64,000 nucleotides of DNA from positions 1,364,001 through 1,428,000 of the forward strand of contig JAYWIR010000039.1 in assembly GCA_036172245.1 (NCBI GenBank), in the 5' to 3' direction. Below, piece after piece: positions 36,766 through 45,870 of the stretch. This DNA is from Raillietiella orientalis. Taxonomy: Eukaryota. The notes under the pieces were generated by a model. That model was not told where the DNA came from, did no database searches, and saw only the letters and a program-made list of their open reading frames with translations. Each line of letters begins with the position of its first letter. The stretch's first letter is position 1. Both the position numbers and the translations under genes were made by a program.

Positions 36766-38129
36766 GCTCCACCTCTCGACTCCCCCGGAGAAAAAGTTCC
36801 TACTAGCGGATCCTTTCCAGGTTTCCTTCGGAGAGAATAAAGAAGGAGATTCCCTTAGAGGTTCTCTTTCGGAGACAACCAGGGTGCAGGTGTGTTCCCT
36901 TCGGGGATCCTTCCTCAGGCGTGAGAGAGACAGACTCTGCGTTCTTCCTGGATTCCCAGGACGGACCCCACCGAGGTACCTCCTAACTGCGAATTGGAGC
37001 TCCGACGGTTGGCCAGGTCGACCAGGACCAACAACTGGATCTTCTGCCGGCCCGCGAACGGTTGCGTCTGGTTGCAGGAAACCGTCCACATGTGAGCCAA
37101 GAACAGCGAAGCGAGCCCGGAGATGCAGCTGCGACTGCTACACTCCTTTTACAACAACCGCTCTCTTCAGGACGTCATCGTGCAGCCCACCACGTGTGCG
37201 TGGGGAGCGCAAAGAACCTTCCTAGACGCGGTACTGCCCTCCCTCAGGGAGCACCTGGGCAGTAACCATTCGGTCAAATGGGAGGTCAGTTGCGAAATCA
37301 GTCAGAAGATGAGGGGAATAAGTGGTTGGACCACGGGCCAGCTCACGGGCGCTTCGACCCCAAGTGTCCCACCGAAGGGACTATTGCGTTGGAGTGAGAT
37401 GTTGGGAATCCTGCAAAAAGACTTCGAGTGGCCCCCAGCGCCGAAGGGCAGTCGGGCCCTCCCCCTGAAGTGGCAGGAGTTGGCACTTCTGCTGTTGAAC
37501 TAAGACCTCCCGTGCAACGCCTGCCAGCCGCTCTGGACCCGGGGTGCTATGGACCCCCCAACTGCTGCAGGTGTGGAGAGCGTGAATGCCGCCCGCACCT
37601 GCTCGTAGACTGTGTTGCCCGCCGACCCCTGTGGGTGCATTACGCAACGGCCCTTGGTGCACCGACGGACAATCCCAGGGACGTGATAATACAATGCCCT
37701 TTCTCCTGCCGAATCCCCAGCAGCTCTTTGCTGCTGCCTACGCGGGATTGTGGCGGCCTGGAGCTACGCGAGAGGAGGACGGCGCGATAGGGAAGCCATC
37801 TGCTTCGCCCTACGCTTCCTGCGGACGGCAGCAAGATGGCCCCATCTGGGGCATACTCGTATGGAACTTGTCGGCATCCTGGAAATGATGATGCAGAGGA
37901 TGCCCTCCAGAGGATGGTGATCCCTTCCCGTGCCTCCCAGAGTTTTTATTATTATTGATTTATATTTATTTTTATTTTTGTTGTCCCCTCTGCTGCCGAG
38001 GCAAACTTCGCCAGCCTGCATGCCAGTTACTCGGCAGGTCACGAGCATTTTGGGACAATGTGGGGCCGATGGCCCTACACATGTGTGCTTATTTTTAATA
38101 ATAAACGTGACGGCGTGACCAGGTGATAA
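36766..38129 (+). mobile_element. R1 copy from early ORF to 3' terminus
   Basis: PTEVPPNC; MQLRLLHSFYNNRSLQDVI...KWEVSCEISQKMRGISGWTTGQLTGASTPSVPPKG...LPLKWQELALLLLN*; RGIVAAWSYARGGRRDREAICFALRFLRTAARWPHLGHTRMELVGILEMMMQRMPSRGW*. Then a T-tract, hairpins and AATAAACGTGACGGCGTGACCAGGTGATAA. Confidence 0.9.
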
Positions 38130-40244
38130 ATCCTATCTTGAAGAATTCCACCGTGCTGACCATCGGCGTGCTGCTGCTGGAAGCTCCAATCGACTGAGGA
38201 TGTGTATGCCTTCCACCCCTTCGCCCCCCTTCCAACCCATCTGGTTCGCTACCCCTGCTTTGCTGGTGATCGCCCCATCCTTTCAGCGCACCCCGGCACT
38301 GACACCCGCCTGGGACTCCCGTGCAACCCCGTGTCGCTGACTGATCCCGAAAAATCGTCTACTATTGACATTTTCTTTTGTCAATTTTCCAGGAGCTATT
38401 TTCAAAGTATCCTCCACTCCAGCTTCTGTTGTTTTTTGGGGGAGCAGGGGATCTCCCCCTCCCCAAGCTGAATGATGTCTAGTCTCACTTCATCTCCGGC
38501 ACGGAGGTGGCAATAGCAAAGCCGCGCGGGGTCGCCTCCCGTTCCTCCGCATTGCGGTCTCCCCGGAGCGTGCCGTGGCCTCCTCTCTCTACTCGTGATG
38601 AATGATGAGATAATGGACCGGCGGGAAAACTCGATCTCATTTGCCACTTGGCTGCGCTTCCAGAGCCGCGGTTCGAAGGATGAGCGGTCACTCGCTGCTC
38701 CTCGACTCCTTCCGCTCCTAAAGGGCTCTGTCCGCAGCGTTCCATTCGGGAGGAAGAAATCGCGGCAGCGCGCGATTTCTTCCTCCCGAGGCGCAGCCGC
38801 AGCGCACCGAGCCCGGGAGCCGCGGCTGCTGCCCGTTGCCTTTGGGGACTCCGCGCGAGGCGCTCCTGGAAGGGACACAGGCAGCTCGAAGCGAGCGGGG
38901 AAAGGGGGATGCGGGAGCTCGAGACAGCCTTCCGCAGACGGTCGGGATAGGAACGGGACATTCAAGGCAGCCGCGCACCGGGAGACCATCCCTCACTGGA
39001 AACCGGAAAAGCTGCCTGGGACTCAGACAGCGCCGATGCGCTTCATTCCACGCTCTGGAGTGGAGGAGGGATGAAGACGTCTCGATTGTTCGGGATCGGT
39101 TCGGCGCATCCCGGAACCAACGCGAGAAAGCGGGGAGCTTTTGTTCCCTCTTCGCCTCCTCCTCCCGCAGCTTCCGCCCCGAGGTGAAGCTTCCCGGCCA
39201 AACGGCAAAATCACGCAGTCCCTGAGTTAGCCGAGAGCGGGTCAGCCGCCCGCCGGATCGAGGGAGGCCCTCCCGACCTCTGCAGCAGGGGCCGGGAGTT
39301 TCCAAGGAAACTTCCTGAAGGGATAATGCGTGCGGAAGAAGACGAGGGGAGGAGGTCCGAGCGGGAGAGTCCCCTAGTAGCCCCTCTCTTCGGCAAGGCG
39401 CGATGGCAATCCAGGGAAGCCATGAGAACAGACAGGGCTCCCGGAAACCTTTACGAAGAAAGGGAGGGAGGAATCGACCCGCACCTTTCCGGCCGCCACT
39501 GCTGGAGGGCGCCGGAAAGCATCTTCAGCATCAGCGCTGGGTAGGTGGAGCTGGGTCGCGGGGTCCTCTCCGTTGATCGCCGCCGCCGCCGCCAATCTCC
39601 TCCTGCCGAGCGCGGAAGTTCGAGTGGCCTCGACGTCATGGAAACGAGGACTCCCGGGCACGAAACACGCGCGGATCCGATTTATGGTACTTTCACGTGG
39701 GAAGCTGCATCCAGAATCCACGCGATTCGGGAATGACGTGCTCCGCGAATGGGAATCGCGGCGGAGTCGTGGAGGACGCTCGCCGGGGGCCCGCGCGCGG
39801 TGCTGCCGCCCTGGCGCGGCTCGAGGACGTTCCGATCACGTGATCGGGCTGCCGCCGCCGCTAGGATGGACAGAAGAGGATGCGGACGGGATGAACGGCT
39901 GAGTCTGCCGTGCGGAGCGGAGGGTGAGTGGACGCCCTCTCCTAGGGAAGAAGAGAGAGGAAGAGCTCTCCTGAAAGTCCCTGCGCACGTACCACCCGGG
40001 CAGGATCCGGGGAGGAACAAGGCGGAGTCCGAGACCTCCCCACGGAGACAGGTCGGACGCACCCGGGGGCCATCGAAGATCCGGAGGCGCGATCAGAAAG
40101 CCCGCGGCCGGGAAATTTCCTGGAGGGAGAATCGACTTCCGCCCGTGCCCCGGAAGGCGTGAGGCGTGCTGAAGGAAAGTCGAACAACGTGCGCGCCAGG
40201 ATGCATGCACGTGCGAGGCTGGGCCGCGCCCCACACCGCGCAGT

Positions 40245-41230
40245 GACGACGACGCCTGCTGTGGCTCCCAGGTGCTCTCCCCCTGATGCTGATACTCCTC
40301 CTCCGCATGGTCCAGGGCATCAGGACCTCCGACCACGAGGTCGACGTGCTTCGAGGTTCCGTCGAGAACGGTCGCGCGGATGGCTGACTGCATGAATGTA
40401 ACTAAACCTACGGTGGACATCTGCCTGAACTTATTCCGGACCCTCCCTGCCCCTCCCGCGGGGACTGCGTCTTCGCCGACGCCACTAGCGGCGTCCTGGA
40501 GAGGCAGTCCACCCCGTCCAGGAGCTCATCGTCCTGGAGATCTCCCTCAAGATGCCCTTCAGCATCAGCTGGCCGGGAGCGCCTTCACGCTGAAGATCCG
40601 AGGTCAGACGAGCCAGGAGCTCCACGACGAGGGTTTTGGGGGCACATCCTGTCCACGGACGAGTGGACGCAGCTCGTTTACCGGCGCCAGGTCATCGACA
40701 TGACCTGCCGCCTCCGCCCGCCCTGCGACCGCAGCTACTGTGACACCACCTGCAGCGAGTTGTGCTGCCCCCGCGACGACAAGTTCGGCCGTTTCTTCCG
40801 TGACGCTGACGGCGACGACATCTGCAGCCGCGGTTGGAAGGGAGCCCACTGTGAGACGCCCATCTGCGACCCCAGGTGGCGCGAGAGCAACGGCAACCGC
40901 GAGTTCCCGGGGGAGAATGCATGTACCTGCTGGGCTGGATGGAGAAGTAACCTCGACGAGTGCATCTCGCATCCGGGATGCAGGCACGGCTACTGCCGCG
41001 ACCCGTAGGGGGTGCTGAAGGGAACGAAACCGGAACGAACGGCGAGTTCGCAGAGAATGGCACGGAGGCCACTCTCTTCCATTGCAACTCCTCCTTTCCT
41101 CCTTCCTCCCTGGAGGAGGCAGGGTCAGCCCGGAGGTCATAAAGGTGAGGAGGGGGGATGATGATGACAATGATGTGGTGGTGGTGATTCTGAGGAAGAG
41201 GAGGAGGAGGAACGAAACCAACAAGTAGAC
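40245..41230 (+). pseudogene. Intronless Delta/Serrate(Jagged)-like Notch ligand pseudogene (signal peptide, MNNL/C2, DSL, 2 EGF, stalk, decayed TM)
   Basis: Signal-like LLWLPGALPLMLILLLRMVQG; C2/MNNL motifs VDICL and MPFSISWPG/AFTL; DSL CDRSYCDTTCSELCCPRDDKFGRFFRDADGDDICSRGWKGAHC; EGFs ETPICDP...CTCWAGW..LDECISHPGCRHGYCRDP* (PW>P*); then VVVVILRKRRRR. Multiple frameshifts and lost cysteines. Confidence 0.9.
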
Positions 41231-42479
41231 AGACGCAACTTTGGGGAAGGAAACTTCGGAAGAACCCAGGGCACTTTCGTCGGCGCCTCCTTCGCGCATG
41301 AGCTGATCTAAAACCGGCACGTAGAGCAAGGTGGTCCTGGGGTAGCTGGGAAAGGTTGCGCTGGACCTCTCTCTACTCTGGAGAGGAGGAGGAGGTGAGG
41401 ACGCCTCTTAGCAGACCACCCTCTTCCGTGCCGTCCCGCTCTCCAGAGGGACGGCACGAAAGGCACAGGTGGCACAGTGGCTGAGAGCAGCTCCCTGATG
41501 GGCTCGGGAGGGACCTGCGGGGCGAGCCGGGGGGCCTCGATATTCTCTCAGCACGGCGGCGGGATGGGTCTAAGGATCGGCGACCTGGGTCAGGAGGAAG
41601 AACGTAGTCAGCGGGCGCGGAAGGTTGCCCAGAGGACCGGTCGTCTCCTCCTTCCTTGACTCCGCCTGGGAAGCGCGAAGATGGGAAGGGTTGCCAGGAC
41701 GACCAGGATACAGTTCCGCGATGGTCACTCCCCCTCCCCTCCCAGCTATGGGATCCGGAAGGGGCCCTCGAGGGAAGGAGGGATGCGGAGCTCGGTCTTC
41801 GAAACTCCCTCCGGAAACTTCACCAGGGGCTCCCTGGGAAGCCCGCCGTGGAGCGTCCCTCCCGACGAAACGAAGAGCAGGAAAGGGAGGAAGTCCGAGA
41901 TGGGAGTGGGAAGAGTCCTTGGAGCTGGCGGAGGGCGGGGGGGTGAAGGAAACACCCCTTCCTTATCATTCTCCATGGAACGTTCCTTCCTTCCCTCACT
42001 CGTCTGTTGTCCTACTGTGTCTTCGTGGTGCCTCGGTGCCATCCGCCGTCTCGATGGCAGCGACGTCGAAGACCTCTCAGCTACTGCCGGGAAGGGAACG
42101 CGGTTTCTCCACCGCCATACCACCTCCCGGCGGGGTGTCTTTCGCTCCTCCTCCCCCTTTCTGTTGGCACCCTCGAAAGAAACCGGGAGTCTCGTCCTCT
42201 TCATGCCTTGTTTTTTTTTTTGTTCGGGAACACCCACGTTTCGAGGAAAGGGAGGGGGGCGACTCAACTCCTCTTCTGCTCCCACCCTCTCACGGTGTGA
42301 AACGAAACTTCGGAGACGCTGGCGCAACAACGGAAGTCAGCGTCAGCAACAGTAGCAGCTCCGATGTGCCCGCGCTCGAGACGGGGAGGGGGCGGGAACG
42401 TTGAGGAAACTCGGAGGCAGCCGGAGGATGCTTTGCGGCCCACAGGGCAGGTGGCTCATTGTCCGATCACAAGGCGACT

Positions 42480-43200
42480 CCACAGAAACGGACAGGCGCA
42501 GCCGAAACCGGATGACGAATAGCCACCGGGACTTTTCCCCCTTCACAACCGCGAAGGGGAGATCTCCAAGGAGTAGCGGAACGCACAGGATGCTCGTTTC
42601 GCGGATGCGCGCGCGCTCCCAGGAGCGCCTCCTCAGTAGGTCCTCCATGAAAGCGCGCAGTTCTCGGCTGGACTTCCCGTTTATTACCCGCAGCACGGCG
42701 GGGCGGCTGGCTGCCCCGCTCCGCTCTCCCGCTCCCGGAGCGCGCGTCCATCGCGAAGCCGCGATCCGGAAGATGGCTGCCGAGAGCTGCGCTGGCACCG
42801 TCCCCGTCGCGGCTCCTGGAGGACGGCGGACCTCAGGAGACCCGGGTTCGGCGCACAAGAGGAAGCGCGCGGAGGCGCGAGCGGGCTGCGGAACAGCGCA
42901 GCTCCTGACGCCGGCGTGAGCGCTGCTGCTGCGGAGCAACTCGATGAAATTCCCGAGAGGCAGAACCAGCGAAGCATCCCGGTCGGAGCACGCGGGTGGA
43001 CCCCCCTCCCCTCCTTCTCCTGGGCCGGTCTCGATCCGGATTTCCGTGCCAGCAGACTCTCGAAGGAAAGAGAGAGGTTCCGAAACTGGCTGTCGAAAGT
43101 CCCTCGGCTGGAGTTGCCACTGCCGTTCGTAGGGAGACGGTCGTCGGTTGGTCGCCGTAGATCTCCACTTCCGCATCTTCCGGGATGTCATCCTGGCGTT
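42480..43200 (-). pseudogene. NACHT/STAND NTPase-like remnant
   Basis: Ordered degenerate motifs with NACHT-like spacing: VEIYGDQP (Walker A region), SLVLPLGNFIELL (Walker B), IFRIAASRW (sensor 1), VLRVINGKSSRELRAFME (hxhxGFxxE), SILCVPLLL. Confidence 0.4.
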
Positions 43201-43630
43201 GGAAACGCGCACCAGGACTTCTGGAGCTACCCCTCCCTTCCTTGGTTGCCAGGGGGATGCTCCCCTTTGGAAACGTAGGGCCGTCGACTCGGGATGATTT
43301 CGAGTAGCTCGAAGCGCACGCGCGCCAGCGAGCTCTTCGCTCTTCCGTTGCCGCGGCCCCCATTGCTGGGAAACGGATCCTCCAGGTGCCCCGCCATCAT
43401 CAGCAGCGCTAATCGATGCTTCCTCGCTCGTGCGCTCACGTTTGTTTATTTTCCCATCTTGCCAGATCTGCGGGTCTCCGCACTTCCCGAAATGCGTCTC
43501 GAGGACTCCGGCCGCACCGGGGAAGAACTGCGCGGATGATCGATTCCAAGCAACGAGGTGCAAAGGAATCCCAATTGTGGCGAGGATCATGTGTTTATCA
43601 TAATGTTTCCAGGAGAAGATTGCGGCGTGT

Positions 43631-43662
43631 TTTATTTATTTATTTATTATTTATTTATTTTG
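43631..43662 (+). repeat. (ATTT)n microsatellite
   Basis: TTTATTTATTTATTTATTATTTATTTATTT seen directly. Confidence 0.9.
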
Positions 43663-44009
43663 CTCTTCGCGCGCTCCCGTGTAAAGCGATACGAAAGTGG
43701 AAGATGCTGCGCGGCCGAAGTGAAAAGCAGCAGCAGCCACTCGGATGAAGTCGGCTCCGCGAGAACAATCAGGATGGGATGCCTCTCTCGATATGGTGTT
43801 ATCCAGATATCTCGGCGTGCGGTAGACAACCCTCTCTCGATTATCAGTCAGCAAAGACATCCCGTGGCAGCATGCAACTGGGACTTCATAACTCATTTCC
43901 TTGTCTTGTGTGCGAGCTTCTGTTCATGCGATGCAACCACGCCTTCTTGTATTTGCTATGCAGCTGCAGCTTTCTAAAAGAATAAAAAATAAAAAAAAAT
44001 GCCATCTTG

Positions 44010-44540
44010 GACTCCAAAAAAACTGTTGCTTGTGATGAGCCGAAAGAGCAGGCCGTTCATTAAGGAACAAGCCGTGACGAATCTCTTCTTGCGGCGGAAA
44101 GTTCAAGATGCAGGCGGGTGCTTGGATTGGGACGCAGCGAACACGCATTCCTGCATTAGGAATTCTCCCACAGATAGGAAACATGCTCTCCTGACAAACC
44201 CTCGACTTTTAAATCTTTCGCATCCCTCCTCTCGTTGGATCCACCTCCAATCGTCATCGGCTGCGCGCCCGTAAATCTCGACCGGGAATTCCTCATCTCC
44301 GGTGATAGGGAAGTATCATGGAATAGTAAAATTGGAGTGACGCTGTCCAATGAGTTATCCAGAAGGTCATCGTGAAAAGAGAAGTGAGCCACTACGAACC
44401 GTTTTGAGAGGATGCGGTTGCGAGGCAACTGCAGGGAAGGTCTCATGAAGAGAACAGGGGTGATCGTAAAACCGAGTGCGGGGAAAGAGGTGTATTTTAC
44501 ATATTTCACTCAGTCATTCTCAGATGACAACTTAATGATA
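44010..44540 (+). pseudogene. NACHT domain C-terminal half remnant (sensor 1, helical domain, winged helix)
   Basis: KLLLVMSRKSRP (cf. hhhTSRP), HALLTNPRLLNL..W (cf. LLxNPLxLxL), GLMKRTGVIVKPSAGKEVYFTYFTQSFSDD (cf. G..YxFxHxSFQE), with a stop/frameshift between them. Confidence 0.5.
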
Positions 44541-45589
44541 ATACGAAACTGTGACCAACGAGTGGCCTTAAATGGAACAATCATTAAGATCGGTGCTCTG
44601 AGACAACAAAAGACAGCAAGAAGAAAAAAAAAATAAAAACGAAAGCCAGTAGTTCATGTGAGTGATAGTTTTTTCCTGCATCCGTTTATCAATAAGAGCA
44701 CATCTTTCATGGATAAAAAGAAAAAAAAAACAGATGCAATAAAATTCGATTCTATGCTGGAATTACTCATTCTGACGTCGAGAAACCTTTTTCCTGCTTC
44801 CCTCTGTGGTCCATTTGTGAAGGGTGAAGGTGCCAGCGCAGCTTTATAGATGCGGAATCCGAGAGCTCGTTGCTTGCTAGAATTGGTGACCTCGGAATGG
44901 ATCAAATTTTATCCCGTGTTTTTTTCTTCCTTTTTTTATTTGTTGGGATAAACAGCATCCCCCGTGCATCTTTGCAAAAACTTTTCTGCTCAAAACTTTC
45001 TGCTTTCGATCACGACCTGGTTCACGAGGAAGGTTTCTTTCACAGCTGGCCTTCGAAGAATTCCACGCAAAAAAAAAAAAATGAAAAAAAACTTTTTTAA
45101 TGTAAACACGAACACTTTTGAGGAAGCGAATCCCCCCCCCCCCTCCTTTTTTTTCTCCTCCACTCATCATGATAAACTGTAGAATCATGACTTTTCGAAG
45201 AATCGAACACTCGCAAAAGAAATGACTACCTCGCCACGAATCAAAGATCGATAGCTGGCAACACGAAAGTGCTCTCTCTCTCTTCACGTGCCATCCTTTT
45301 ATTCTTTTTTTTTTTTTTTCCTTCCCTGATGCATATTAAGTTTGCATTGTGAAAGGAGAACAAAAAAAATTAGGAAAATGAAGCGGTTGATTTTTCGAAA
45401 ACGAAACAAAGCGAGAGGGAAGGAGGAGGAGGAAACGAGCATGTAGCATTTTTTATTAGTTGAAGATCCATAGGAAAGCAAAGAAAAAATTGTGGGCAAT
45501 TTGATTCTATTGGGAATGAATGCGCATTCCTGGGAAGCCTATGGTCCACGCAAAAAGCGTTCACGGAAGAGGACACGTCCAGTGAGTGC

Positions 45590-45870
45590 GCCCGTGGAAT
45601 AAAAAGATGGCTTCGCTGGAGCCCGGATTCTTCACCGTCGTCCGTCGTTTCGTCTGCGGAGGGAAAAGAGGTTGCTTCTGGAGTCGTCTCAGGCAGGACG
45701 CCCTCTGGTTCACGCCACCTCACCAGGTTTCAGATCCAAGAGTGCCCATCGTGATCGAAAGCATCAGCTTATCAGAAGGCAGAGCACTTGGACCACTTCC
45801 GTAGATTACCCGCTTTTTGCCATCAGAAAGTACCCTTGCAGGGACTGCACCGATGGTTCCAAGTCGCTAA
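45590..45870 (+). pseudogene. LRR protein remnant
   Basis: NKKMASLEPGFFTVVRRFVCGGKRGCFWSRLRQDALWF...IESISLSEGRALGPLP*IT shows NxhxxLxPGxF-type LRR periodicity. Confidence 0.35.

Noticed and set aside
36011..37225. 404-aa plus-strand ORF as a gene
   Set aside because: Mostly the antisense of the minus-strand R1 ORF joined to off-frame R1 sequence. The conserved peptides lie in other frames.
35818..38129. MULE/foldback DNA transposon with long TIRs
   Set aside because: The arms are 3' halves of an ORF-bearing repeat that also occur singly elsewhere (7.9k, 20.5k, 61.7k). No TSD or transposase was seen.
41427..41458. 11-bp GC hairpin as a Helitron 3' end or terminator
   Set aside because: There is no downstream CTRR or U-tract, and intrinsic terminators are irrelevant in this eukaryotic context.
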